A program made the position numbers and the translations under genes. From IMG/VR virus record IMGVR_UViG_3300035698_017111, positions 82,773 through 146,772 of that record: a stretch of DNA of 64,000 nucleotides. One strand, given 5' to 3'. Below are positions 28,945-38,739 of the stretch, one piece after another; within the stretch, counting starts at the first letter, position 1, and every line of letters begins with the position of its first letter. The notes beneath the pieces are model-generated. The model searched no databases and was not told where the DNA came from. It saw only the letters and a list, made by a program, of their open reading frames with translations. Source of the stretch: a virus.

Positions 28945-31817
28945 TTTGCTTTCCTCAAGTTAAATGATTTACTTTCAGATTCTTTTCTATACCAATTAGA
29001 ATTGGCTACCTGATTTTGTTCACCCTGCACGTAAACTTTTTTAGTAATGGTCTCAACATCTGTTTTCACACCAGTGGCAGGAATGTGTCTACTTCTGATA
29101 CCAGAACCTTTCTTGGCCATAACCTTAATATCTAAATACGGGTTACGGTAAATGCTAATAAAAACATCCTGACCATCTTCCACTGTTCTGTCACTAGACA
29201 TTTTCTTGATGTCTTTATCGAAAAACCAAGATCTGTTTTTTTGATATGAATTAACTACTGTTGTTCTATTTCTATCTCTTGGGTCTTGTCTCAATACCTG
29301 CCATGTCTCTGAAAAATTAGCAGAGTTTACTGTTTGTCCAGAATATACAGCAGATGTTAGGATCTTTTTATCACCAACAGGAAGACCGTCAACTCCAAGT
29401 TTATTTCCCTCTTCATCTTCATTAACCTCTACTATTTCTTCTCCTGATTTGAGAAGTTTACTAACCTCAACAGACGACAATGGATCTCTCTTGTTTATCA
29501 TGCTACCGGCTTTATCGTTCACCGTAAGACCAATACGACCATGAAGGATAGAAAGACCTTCAATAACGTCTTCCATACCTTCGGATGTAAGGGTTGGTTT
29601 AATAATACTTATAAAAGAATCCAACTCCTTAAGGAGAGAACTGAGAAGTTCCGATCTACTTTCTACTTGAGGTTCCACTACAGGTTCTATGGTCTCTTCT
29701 TGTGCTGTTTTAATATTGTTTTCTGAAACTTCAGCAAAACTCACATCCATGTCATGAACATCTTCAGGTGCTTCTGGTTGTGGTGCTTGTGGAGCTTCTT
29801 GCTCTTCTGGGAAAAGCCTCTGTACGATACTCTTCACTCTTGTTTCAATCTCTCGTAAAGATTGAGACTCTTCTATACTTGGATTCATGCCATACTTCTT
29901 ATATGGTTTTGCTTGACTAAGACCGAACCCCTCCTTGAATAATCCCTGCAGTATGCCAACCAGCTCGTCTGCCATTTGGATTTGTTCTTCTGGAGAATCT
30001 GGTATCATTGCGATATAAGAATCTATTGCATCTGATTTTTCTTGATCTACACCAAGATTTGCTTTGATTTGCTGCACATATGCCGGGTTCTTAAGGTTTT
30101 GTACATATTGTCCAACACCCTGCATATAATTGTCTATTGTCAACAAGTCTCTTTCATTCAGATCACCCAATTCACTTTCGAACTTAGACCAATCTGTCCA
30201 GAAACCATTTTTATTTTGTCCGGTTGGAAAACCTTGTTCGTCTACATTGAGTAGAATCTTATCTGGATCATTCCACATTGCTTCATTTAATCTATCTTGT
30301 TTTGTTTTAAGTAGATATTGAAGTTGATTAACTGATCTGTCATGTTCAAGTCTAATGTTTTCAACTTCTGGGCTAACATCAGGATATCCTGTGTCTTTTG
30401 CGGCCGACATCGATCTTTGTGACAGAGTATTCATTGTCTCAAGGATACTTGGAACATATCTAGAAACAACCCACCACGGGTCTTTGTCCAATCTAGCTTC
30501 TGCTTCGGCCAATTCATTACCGACATAACTACCAAATCTTTTCTTATCCAAACCAACAAGATCGTGAATCCTATTTAAAAATTCTGCAACGACTCTTGGG
30601 TCTGAATTTCCCTGAAGGAGAGAAACCCTTGACAGTCTTTGTAGATCCTGAACAGTTTCTTGTTCTTCTGGAGTCCTAACTTTAAGTTGTTGTGCTATAT
30701 CGTTTTGTTGAAACCTATGTAAGAGTTTAGTAACTGCTGGTTCTTCATTTGGGTTAGATGTATTAACGGTAGAGACACCCTCTTCGTTTGTTTTAGAAAT
30801 ACTTCTTCTCAAAGACATGAAAAGATCAAATGCATTTGATCCAAGTCTCTGTGCAAGCGAAGTTGGATCAAACTTTTCATCAAAAAGAGAACCATGTGCT
30901 GCCTCTACAAAGTCTTTTATTAACTGATCTGGATCTTGTTTCTGTTTTTCTGGATTCCCACCAACAATAGAAGCGAGAAGCGTTTCTTTAGTTAGTCCAT
31001 ATCTCTCTAAAAATTCTTGTTGTAATCCTTCTTCTTCACCAATAAGATTTGACCAGTCTGGATCCCACTTTGCTTCATTCCAATCTGGTAATTCTTTACC
31101 AATTTCTGGAAACTCACCCAAATCTGGAACCACAGGTGCTGGCGGGGTACTGAGAATTGATTGCAGATTATCCTGAAGGGAAACAAAGTCTTGTTCATCC
31201 AAGAATCCTGTTGGGAGAAGTCCAAGATTAATAGTTTGTGCCGTTTGTGTGATCGTATCCCAATCAACACCAATCAAGCTACCAAACGCAACATCTAACT
31301 GTTCACCAAATCTGTCTGCTTCTGACTTATCAAGTTCTCCATCTTTTATTTTTCTTTGTGTTATAGATCTTGCTATTCCCTCAACAGAAGAACTAATGTC
31401 AACCAATCCCATTGCTTTTGGTGTTCCATTAGCTAGGACTCTAAATGTGAGTAGTTCATCTTGTGTAAATGGAATAGCCATACCGGACGTATTTTGTGGT
31501 TGCTCTATTGGCATTTCTGCTGGAATAGTTTCATTCATATCGACATTTTCTTGTCCAGTTTCGCTTACTTCTGGTTGAACACCAAGATATTGTGTCGATT
31601 TAATATTCATAATGCTCAAACATGCTTCTGTTGCTGTTTTTAACTGATCCAGCGAGAAATACATGTTTTTAATAAAAGCAGAATAGTCTTTTGCCCTTTC
31701 GGGTGACGTGAATGGACTATCGCCAGTAAGGTTTTGTTCAAAAGTTTTTTGATCATAGATCGATAGTTTTTCTATCCCGATTTCAGGAGAGGACACTTTT
31801 CGAATTGGAATTGCCAT
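28935..31817 (-). CDS. Large acidic putative virion protein
   Basis: Probable start ATG at 31817 after GGAGG with a late-promoter motif; IKTAQ, NWYRKES and FNLRKAK motifs. Confidence 0.6.
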   Translation of the reverse strand: MAIPIRKVSSPEIGIEKLSIYDQKTFEQNLTGDSPFTSPERAKDYSAFIKNMYFSLDQLKTATEACLSIMNIKSTQYLGVQPEVSETGQENVDMNETIPAEMPIEQPQNTSGMAIPFTQDELLTFRVLANGTPKAMGLVDISSSVEGIARSITQRKIKDGELDKSEADRFGEQLDVAFGSLIGVDWDTITQTAQTINLGLLPTGFLDEQDFVSLQDNLQSILSTPPAPVVPDLGEFPEIGKELPDWNEAKWDPDWSNLIGEEEGLQQEFLERYGLTKETLLASIVGGNPEKQKQDPDQLIKDFVEAAHGSLFDEKFDPTSLAQRLGSNAFDLFMSLRRSISKTNEEGVSTVNTSNPNEEPAVTKLLHRFQQNDIAQQLKVRTPEEQETVQDLQRLSRVSLLQGNSDPRVVAEFLNRIHDLVGLDKKRFGSYVGNELAEAEARLDKDPWWVVSRYVPSILETMNTLSQRSMSAAKDTGYPDVSPEVENIRLEHDRSVNQLQYLLKTKQDRLNEAMWNDPDKILLNVDEQGFPTGQNKNGFWTDWSKFESELGDLNERDLLTIDNYMQGVGQYVQNLKNPAYVQQIKANLGVDQEKSDAIDSYIAMIPDSPEEQIQMADELVGILQGLFKEGFGLSQAKPYKKYGMNPSIEESQSLREIETRVKSIVQRLFPEEQEAPQAPQPEAPEDVHDMDVSFAEVSENNIKTAQEETIEPVVEPQVESRSELLSSLLKELDSFISIIKPTLTSEGMEDVIEGLSILHGRIGLTVNDKAGSMINKRDPLSSVEVSKLLKSGEEIVEVNEDEEGNKLGVDGLPVGDKKILTSAVYSGQTVNSANFSETWQVLRQDPRDRNRTTVVNSYQKNRSWFFDKDIKKMSSDRTVEDGQDVFISIYRNPYLDIKVMAKKGSGIRSRHIPATGVKTDVETITKKVYVQGEQNQVANSNWYRKESESKSFNLRKAKCL

Positions 31818-31917
31818 TAGAGAACCTCCAGGATGCGTGGAAATACAGCCCACCTTCTTAAAAATATTCCATATCAGACACACGAATCCCTCTATTATTT
31901 TATCCAAAATAAGGACG

Positions 31918-32487
31918 TTAGTGTATGTCATAAAAAAAATCACGTAAATACTCAATTGCTCTTTTATGTCTTTTTCTGACACCTTCATGAGAAATATTAA
32001 CGACCTTACCAATTTCTCGCCAAGTTTTCTCCTCAGAATACCTTAAATCAAAGATAATCCTATCTTTATCTTCAAGAGAATCCAACATAGAAGAACAATC
32101 CACTCTATCTTCCATAACATTGCTTTCTACTGGAAGTCTCATCTCAGACAAACAAATCTTTGGCATATTCTTCTTTATTGCGGATATTATTTTAAATTTA
32201 ATGTACTTTCGACAATACGAATTGAACCTATTCCCATAGTTTATGTCGAATTTATCAATACACTCAAGGAGTCCAATGACTCCATCGTGTACTAAATCGT
32301 CAACAATATTCTGCTGTAGGGATAGGTAGGGTTTTGTTATGGCTAAAACAAGTTTCAGGTGTGATTTTATTATTTTATCTCTAGCATGGAGATCGTTATT
32401 CTTTATGCCAATAAAGAGAATTTTTTCTTCTTCTTCCTCAAGATTAGGATATGAGTAGAAGTATTGAAAGGACTGGAAATCACTCAT
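31918..32487 (-). CDS. Phage sigma-70 family RNA polymerase sigma factor
   Basis: Region 2 HLKLVLAI..DDLVHDGVIGLLECIDKFD...RFNSY; region 4 TWREIGKVVNISHEGVRK. Confidence 0.88.
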   Translation of the reverse strand: MSDFQSFQYFYSYPNLEEEEEKILFIGIKNNDLHARDKIIKSHLKLVLAITKPYLSLQQNIVDDLVHDGVIGLLECIDKFDINYGNRFNSYCRKYIKFKIISAIKKNMPKICLSEMRLPVESNVMEDRVDCSSMLDSLEDKDRIIFDLRYSEEKTWREIGKVVNISHEGVRKRHKRAIEYLRDFFYDIH

Positions 32488-32982
32488 CTAGTGCGTCTTG
32501 GGACATATTGTGAATGAAAGAAGCATACTTCCCACATCCGGTTGACCCACTCCTTGAAATGGAGTTTGAATCGTCCCGAGAATTTCTTCCAATTTATTAT
32601 TCAACAATATAGTTGCTGTGTTTCGTTTCTTTCTAATCGATATCTTAACCTTATGGTCTGTACTGAGGAATTTATCGATTTGTTTTACTTTGGTCTCAAG
32701 ATCGTGTACACTTGTTTGTACAGTGAACCGTGATTCTTTCAATTTAACGACTTTGTGATTGCTCTTCTTTGCGTTCTTCTTTTTTTGATATGCTTGCTTT
32801 GAATAGTCCATTAAACGACAAACAGGTACATCATCTTCTGTCATTTGTACTAAATCAAGATTTTTCTCGGAACTTATCGACCTAGCTTGTTCTGTTGGGA
32901 TTTTACCTAGATTAACACCCTCAGAATCAATGAGGAGTACTTTGTCGGCATTAATTTCACCGTTAATACGTTTCTTAGTCAT
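32488..32982 (-). CDS. infC: Translation initiation factor IF-3
   Basis: RINGEI..VLLIDSEG.NLG...LDLVQM...PVCRLMDYSK...KE.RF...HDLETK. Confidence 0.92.
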   Translation of the reverse strand: MTKKRINGEINADKVLLIDSEGVNLGKIPTEQARSISSEKNLDLVQMTEDDVPVCRLMDYSKQAYQKKKNAKKSNHKVVKLKESRFTVQTSVHDLETKVKQIDKFLSTDHKVKISIRKKRNTATILLNNKLEEILGTIQTPFQGVGQPDVGSMLLSFTICPKTH

Positions 32983-33023
32983 ATCTGTTCTGAAACAACC
33001 TCCGTTAAAAAATTGAACTCAAG

Positions 33024-33497
33024 TTACTTTACTTTTTTAGGGCGGCCAGGACCTCTTTTAGCCACTGGTTTATTTTGAGATACAATAGAGGATACTCGTT
33101 TCTCTTCGGCCACCCTCGTCTGTTCTTCATCAAAATCATGATCTGCATCTAATTCAAGATTGTTGAATGGTTGATTCCTGAAGCCATCTTCAGTCCTTAA
33201 CCTTACTTCCATAAAAGAAATAAAATGATCAATGCTACAGAAATCCAACTGTTTCTTCTCGGAAATAAAACCCTTTTGTTCTTTTAAAAAGGCTTCTTTC
33301 TTTCTAATTCCACGGATTTCATCAAGCTGTGTTTGCATTTCGAGATCGTTTAACGTTTCGCACACAAGACCATTGGGTAACCGAACGGTCTTTCCACGAC
33401 TATCGTCATCTTCGTTGAAAAATGAATTGCAATGATCACATTTATAACCCTTTACGACACTCATCTGCTCTCTCTCCTTGGGGTTCATCCTAGACAT
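33024..33497 (-). CDS. Hypothetical protein with Zn-binding residues and a C-terminal AT-hook
   Basis: YKCDHC, DFCS..H, KRGPGRPKK. Confidence 0.6.
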   Translation of the reverse strand: MSRMNPKEREQMSVVKGYKCDHCNSFFNEDDDSRGKTVRLPNGLVCETLNDLEMQTQLDEIRGIRKKEAFLKEQKGFISEKKQLDFCSIDHFISFMEVRLRTEDGFRNQPFNNLELDADHDFDEEQTRVAEEKRVSSIVSQNKPVAKRGPGRPKKVK

Positions 33498-33563
33498 ATG
33501 TAAAATCCTTTAACCAACCATACGATAAAAACAAAGTCCACACAAGCGATAAATGTATAAAAT

Positions 33564-33950
33564 TTAGAAATCGTCAATAATTACGATTGAACGGCCATTT
33601 ACAAGCAATGCAGTGTCTTCTACATGTCGGCCAGCTTTACTGAACCAATATCCCTTTGGTCTGTAACATTCAGAACAGAATGAATTTTGGTTGTAATCTA
33701 GAATTCGTTCCTGTAATGATGTGGCAATATTTTTGGCCAAAACGCTTATGTCGAATTCATCGACAATCTCTTCTGCAAGTGCTGATGAATCAAGGTCCTT
33801 TTTCTTGGGAGCGGCTTCTATTATCCTCTCTATATCCATGTCATTTGAGATATGACTTTCTATCTCCGACTCAATGAACTTACTCAAAGCAACGATATCT
33901 GACATATTCACACTCCCCTTATTCTTTTGGCTATCATACGATATTTCCAT
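33564..33950 (-). CDS. Hypothetical protein
   Basis: Acidic ORF; probable start at MSDIV after AAGGGGAG. Confidence 0.5.
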   Translation of the reverse strand: MEISYDSQKNKGSVNMSDIVALSKFIESEIESHISNDMDIERIIEAAPKKKDLDSSALAEEIVDEFDISVLAKNIATSLQERILDYNQNSFCSECYRPKGYWFSKAGRHVEDTALLVNGRSIVIIDDF

Positions 33951-34010
33951 TTTGGCCTTGACGCTGGTTGTTTTGTCGTATAATCTACCATTAGAAAAGG
34001 GAGATTGTCT

Positions 34011-34325
34011 ATGTCAATTGAAATTGATTCTGATGAGTTTTACGAGAAGACAGAAGAAGATGGACTTGTGATGGTTGACTGTTATACTGAATACTGTGGA
34101 CCATGTAAGCAAGTCAAAAAGATTCTGCCAGAGATTGAAGAAGCCGTCGATGGATTAACAATATTGACTATTGATATTCAAGAAAACGTAAGTGTTGCAC
34201 AGGAACATAATGTAATGTCTGTCCCGACGTTTTTGATCTTCCAAGATGGTGATCTGGTTGATCGTTTTTCGACACCTCAAGACAAAGAAGGCATTGTAGA
34301 GAGACTTAATTCTTTAGTGGAGTGA
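34011..34325 (+). CDS. trxA: Thioredoxin
   Basis: YCGPCK active site and SVPTF motif. Confidence 0.9.
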   Translation: MSIEIDSDEFYEKTEEDGLVMVDCYTEYCGPCKQVKKILPEIEEAVDGLTILTIDIQENVSVAQEHNVMSVPTFLIFQDGDLVDRFSTPQDKEGIVERLNSLVE

Positions 34326-35479
34326 TTGAAATGTCATACAAAATACTGCAGAACATACCTGTCTGGGGCGTTGGCTTAGACGAAAACGCAATGGTACAGA
34401 TACAGAGATGCCTTATCAATGGTAAGCATGCTGCTCTAATGGCTGACCATCACCAAGGATATAGCATGCCAATCGGTGGTGTCGTTGCTTACGAGGGACT
34501 TGTATCTCCAAGCGGTGTGGGTTACGACATTGCTTGCGGCAACAAGGCCGTTAAGCTAGAGATGAATGCCAAGTATGCAAGAGAAAACATAAAGGCACTC
34601 ACTGATTCTATTTTCAATGGCATCCCAATGGGCAAGGGTATCTGTAACTCAAAGGTTATCGACCATGAAGTCTTCGATAATGATTTGTGGAACGAAAAAC
34701 CATGCTCAGACTCACTAAAAGTAGCAAGAGAACAACTCGGCTCTCTTGGTGCTGGAAATCACTATATCGATATCTTTGTCGATGAGGAAGAATCCGTGTG
34801 GGTTGGAGTCCATTGTGGATCAAGAAAGTTTGGACACAATATTGCGACTTTCTTTTTGAGAGCTACCGGAGCAAAAGATGGTATCCATGCTTCTCCATGT
34901 CTCTTGAAAGAAGATTCCTATTTTGGGAAGATGTATATTGACTGCATGAACCTTGCGGGTGAATATGCATATGCTTCTCGTAATTGGATGTGCGATGAGA
35001 TATCGAAAATTCTTGGTTCGAAAATCACAGAAGAGGTTCACAATCACCATAACTTTGCTTGGAAGGAAAAGTTATCGGAAAAAGAATACTGGGTTGTCCG
35101 TAAGGGATCTACTCCAGCACGTCCTGGACAGAAGTGTTTTATCGGTGGTTCTATGGGCGATATATCCGTAATTGTTGAAGGAACGGAATGCGAAGAAGCA
35201 AGACTATCAATGTATTCTGCTCCACACGGTGCTGGACGTGTCATGGGGAGAATGGAAGCACTCGGTAAGATCGCCAAGGATGGCACTGTAAAAAGAGAGC
35301 CAAAGGTCACTCAGGAAATGATGGATTCTTGGCTTAAAGATAAAAACGTATATCTACGTGGTGGGGGACGAGACGAATCGCCACATGCATACCGTCGTCT
35401 TCCAGAGGTTATCGAACAACATGATTACCTTAAAACTCTACACACGCTAACCCCAATTGGGGTTTGTATGGCCCCTTAA
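34322..35479 (+). CDS. rtcB: RtcB RNA ligase
   Basis: MADHHQGY..PIGGV, VGYDIACG, LGAGNHYI, HCGSR, HNHHN, RKGST, HGAGR, DESPHAYR. Confidence 0.95.
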   Translation: MIEMSYKILQNIPVWGVGLDENAMVQIQRCLINGKHAALMADHHQGYSMPIGGVVAYEGLVSPSGVGYDIACGNKAVKLEMNAKYARENIKALTDSIFNGIPMGKGICNSKVIDHEVFDNDLWNEKPCSDSLKVAREQLGSLGAGNHYIDIFVDEEESVWVGVHCGSRKFGHNIATFFLRATGAKDGIHASPCLLKEDSYFGKMYIDCMNLAGEYAYASRNWMCDEISKILGSKITEEVHNHHNFAWKEKLSEKEYWVVRKGSTPARPGQKCFIGGSMGDISVIVEGTECEEARLSMYSAPHGAGRVMGRMEALGKIAKDGTVKREPKVTQEMMDSWLKDKNVYLRGGGRDESPHAYRRLPEVIEQHDYLKTLHTLTPIGVCMAP

Positions 35480-35510
35480 GGAGGGTGAAGAGATGATGAT
35501 TGAGCTTGAC

Positions 35511-35710
35511 TTTATGGTGGCCAATATGGCATCATAAACATGGTCGGTGTTGATCGTTTCCTGAGAAATTATATCGCATCGGCAAATGGCCTGAGGATTA
35601 ACTATCCCCATTCTCAGTGGTATCGGGACGGGAATCGGACGGCACGACCCCGAAGGACAATGCTAAGGACTGCAGAAACCTAGCATTAGTCCAGAGGGGG
35701 GTATTTTTTT
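35511..35710 (+). ncRNA. Putative structured RNA downstream of rtcB
   Basis: Three consecutive helical domains with several G-U pairs valid only on the + strand, ending in a T-run; no ORF. Confidence 0.5.
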
Positions 35711-35826
35711 ATTAAAAGTATACACAAGTGTCATTTAGATACATATTGATCATATAAAATGCTTTGGCCAAAGATTAGATTGACACACACTCTCAACAAT
35801 GATATACGTATCTAAAGGAGATAGGC

Positions 35827-36021
35827 ATGTTGTATTTTCTTTGTGTATATTTGATAGGAATATCTGCTATAATATTCATATTGTCCATGGGCATATGGAG
35901 CTTCAAATGTTCTAGAAAAAGAGAAAATAGATCCAAACAATTAATGGTTATGGGATTGAGAAAATTAAACAAAAAAACTAGACATAGGTTGCCAAAAAAT
36001 CTCCACAAGAAAGATAAGTAA
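35827..36021 (+). CDS. Small membrane protein
   Basis: AAGGAG SD, N-terminal hydrophobic helix, TTGACA promoter upstream. Confidence 0.55.
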   Translation: MLYFLCVYLIGISAIIFILSMGIWSFKCSRKRENRSKQLMVMGLRKLNKKTRHRLPKNLHKKDK

Positions 36022-36022
36022 C

Positions 36023-36379
36023 ATGACAATCTGTACGATAGATTATGGTCTCCCGTATCTGAGTTATTTCCCGACCTACGATTCTTTAATTGTTGGATTG
36101 AGGGCAATGGAAGCTTGGATCATTTCACAAAACAAATCAAATCTGAAGAGAGTTTTGCCAAGTGGTAAGTCTGTCAAGACACGGATCTGCTACAAAAAGA
36201 TAGTGACTGTTGGTGATTGTTCTATGCATTCGGCAGGTTGGTATCTGTTGTGGCTAAAGGGTGAAAAACCAAAAAAATCAAAAGTCATGGATATGTTTCA
36301 TGATGTTGTGGAAGAAAACAAAGATGAGAACGTTAGGAAAGCTGCAAATAGTGTCAAGAAAAAGGAGATTGAATTATAA
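36023..36379 (+). CDS. Hypothetical protein
   Basis: Tightly packed operon ORF. Confidence 0.55.
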   Translation: MTICTIDYGLPYLSYFPTYDSLIVGLRAMEAWIISQNKSNLKRVLPSGKSVKTRICYKKIVTVGDCSMHSAGWYLLWLKGEKPKKSKVMDMFHDVVEENKDENVRKAANSVKKKEIEL

Positions 36380-36624
36380 TGGATACCAAACATAAAAAAG
36401 TATTCTGTCGTTATTGTAAGTTCTGTTCTTGTCTGACAGTACGTGGTATCCCAATGGGTACTCCAAAATGCAAAGAAAATGGTGAGAAATGGGTTGTGGA
36501 AAAAGAAACCTATTACAGTCCTGAATCAGTTGAACAAGAAAATTATCGTAAATGTAGTGAGGTTAACAAAAACAATGATTGTGTATTGTTCAAAAGATCG
36601 TTAATAAAAATGTTTTTTGATTGA
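36379..36624 (+). CDS. Cys-rich hypothetical protein
   Basis: FCRYCKF..C..C...N.NNDC; TAATG overlap. Confidence 0.6.
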   Translation: MDTKHKKVFCRYCKFCSCLTVRGIPMGTPKCKENGEKWVVEKETYYSPESVEQENYRKCSEVNKNNDCVLFKRSLIKMFFD

Positions 36625-36640
36625 TCAGAGAGAATAAACA

Positions 36641-37363
36641 ATGGATGAGAAACGAGTATACGTTGATAACATTAGCTCATTTATAGAACTTGACGAAACA
36701 GAACAACCTGAAGGAACATCTGTATTGTCATTTTCTGGTGCTGAAGAATTAATAAAAGAGCTAGTGGGTAAGGTAAAAAAAGCAGAGGATGATATTTCTT
36801 TCAATAGAGATGAAATCCTTGACCTCTGTAAAGAAAACGATGGGCTGAAGGAAGACATTAACGACAGGGACGAGAAGAATACACATTTGTTGGAAGAAAA
36901 TAGAAAACTGAGATCAAACACAAACTTGAAGGAAGAAATAAAAGTCTTGACAGCTGAGAGAGATAGGTATTTAATGTTGTGTGGCAGTACCGAGACACCT
37001 GCGGATGGATTTTTCAAGGCTCTTGATTTAATAAGAGAACTCTCTGTATTTCTGGAAAAAGCAACAGACAATAAAGTAGTCCGAAGCAATGTTCGTTTCG
37101 GCCGAATGGAACCAAGAGATTATTTTTACATTGCAGACACACTTGAAAAACAACACAAATGTGATTTGGTGGATATTGACTTCTTGGAAGCAGAGAAAGC
37201 CGGTCTGGAAGACGAACTTGAGGATTTGTATTGCAAGTCGAGTGATCGTAAGTTTAAAATAAAATCACAGGGAAATGAAATAGAAGATTTAGTGGATGAT
37301 TTGGCTGAACGTAACTTGAGGATAGTGCATTTAGAAAAAAAAATTAGGAAAAAGAAAGAGTAA
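36641..37363 (+). CDS. Coiled-coil hypothetical protein
   Basis: E/K/L heptad-rich ORF. Confidence 0.6.
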   Translation: MDEKRVYVDNISSFIELDETEQPEGTSVLSFSGAEELIKELVGKVKKAEDDISFNRDEILDLCKENDGLKEDINDRDEKNTHLLEENRKLRSNTNLKEEIKVLTAERDRYLMLCGSTETPADGFFKALDLIRELSVFLEKATDNKVVRSNVRFGRMEPRDYFYIADTLEKQHKCDLVDIDFLEAEKAGLEDELEDLYCKSSDRKFKIKSQGNEIEDLVDDLAERNLRIVHLEKKIRKKKE

Positions 37364-37367
37364 GACC

Positions 37368-38390
37368 ATGGGTGGTAGAGCGTTCATAAACAAAGACACG
37401 GGAGAGAATCCTGCTGTAAGAATACCGACGAAAGATATTAGCAATCTATCTTGTCAGGTAAATTCTCTGTTTGCTCCTCAATTAGACAGTATTGAATTGG
37501 TTACAGCAAAAGAACTTTTGCCTAAAGAAGATCATGGCGATCTGGATTTCATATGCTTGGATCTCGGTAACCGAAGAGAAAAGGTTCGGGATTTTTGCGA
37601 AAGAGCAGGATTCCCATCAACAGCTAATGGACCTATGGAGCATATTCTTTTTCCATTCAACGGCACGAATCACCAAGTGGACCTTATCTTTTGTGGTGAT
37701 GTACGCAAATACGAAGCCATGAGATACTTCTACTCACGGCCAGTGGTTTTCAATGCTGTGGTAGGACATCTTGCAAGATCCATCGGTTACAAATTCTCTA
37801 CCGAAGGTCTGCTGCTACACGTTACAGACAAGAGAAAACAAAACTACTTTCATCTTCTCACCAGAAACTTCGATGAGGCAACGATCTTGCTTGGGTTGAA
37901 AAATATCTCTGACGAGGAATTGTTTTCTTCGCCAGAAACATTTGCATCTTGGATTATATCTTCTCCAAGATTCGATACTGATCTATTTGTATCTCGACAC
38001 AATAGACATTCTCATAGAGATGCTCAGTCAACAGATTTCTGCCAAAGAGTTTATGAAATCATAGAGAACTCTCATGTGGAATCAGAGCTTCCACCATCTA
38101 CAATTGATTTCACACAGCCAGAATTCAATCTTGGCGAGTCTCTTGAGTTTGAAAGACGAGTTCTTGGTGAGCAAATATATCAAGACACCTTGTCCGAATG
38201 TGAGAGAAGATCAAAAGTGGCCGAACCAATCGTCAGTGGAGACATGCTGATTGAAATGGGTTTGAAACCAGGCCCAATATTCAAAGAAATCATTCAAGAT
38301 GTTTCAACAAAGTTTGACAAAGAAACACCTGTGGATGAAATAGTAGAACATATCAGAAAAACTTATTTCGAGGAGGAAGAAAATGTTTAA
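37368..38390 (+). CDS. Pol-beta superfamily nucleotidyltransferase with a CCA-adding-enzyme-like C-terminal tail
   Basis: MGGRAF, HGDLDF, QVDLI; C-terminal PIVSGDMLIEMGLKPGPIFKEII. Confidence 0.65.
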   Translation: MGGRAFINKDTGENPAVRIPTKDISNLSCQVNSLFAPQLDSIELVTAKELLPKEDHGDLDFICLDLGNRREKVRDFCERAGFPSTANGPMEHILFPFNGTNHQVDLIFCGDVRKYEAMRYFYSRPVVFNAVVGHLARSIGYKFSTEGLLLHVTDKRKQNYFHLLTRNFDEATILLGLKNISDEELFSSPETFASWIISSPRFDTDLFVSRHNRHSHRDAQSTDFCQRVYEIIENSHVESELPPSTIDFTQPEFNLGESLEFERRVLGEQIYQDTLSECERRSKVAEPIVSGDMLIEMGLKPGPIFKEIIQDVSTKFDKETPVDEIVEHIRKTYFEEEENV

Positions 38391-38739
38391 ATCTAAACTT
38401 CAAAAGAAAATTGACGGACACGGCACAAATCATCGACTATTGACACATAAAGCGATGTTGAATCTCGTCAATCAAATTATGTCGAAAATAACAGCAAAGG
38501 GAATTGCTATTGACAAAGTCCAGAAGCTTTCTGGTTTGTCTAAGAAAAAAGTGGCTGATATTCTTGATTGCAAAGAAACAACGACTATTGCTGATATCGG
38601 CAAAGTTGCTGCTTCTATTGGACAAACTATTGAAATCAATATATCGGACGTTGTGGACGACGACGACCTCGGACTGTTGAAAGATGTTGAAAAGATAGAA
38701 GCGGACGGTTGCGAAGAAGAGTCTGTAGACTCTGTCTAG
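38383..38739 (+). CDS. XRE/Cro-like HTH protein
   Basis: KGIAIDKVQKLSGLSKKKVADIL...TTIADIGKVAASIG. Confidence 0.65.
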   Translation: MFKSKLQKKIDGHGTNHRLLTHKAMLNLVNQIMSKITAKGIAIDKVQKLSGLSKKKVADILDCKETTTIADIGKVAASIGQTIEINISDVVDDDDLGLLKDVEKIEADGCEEESVDSV

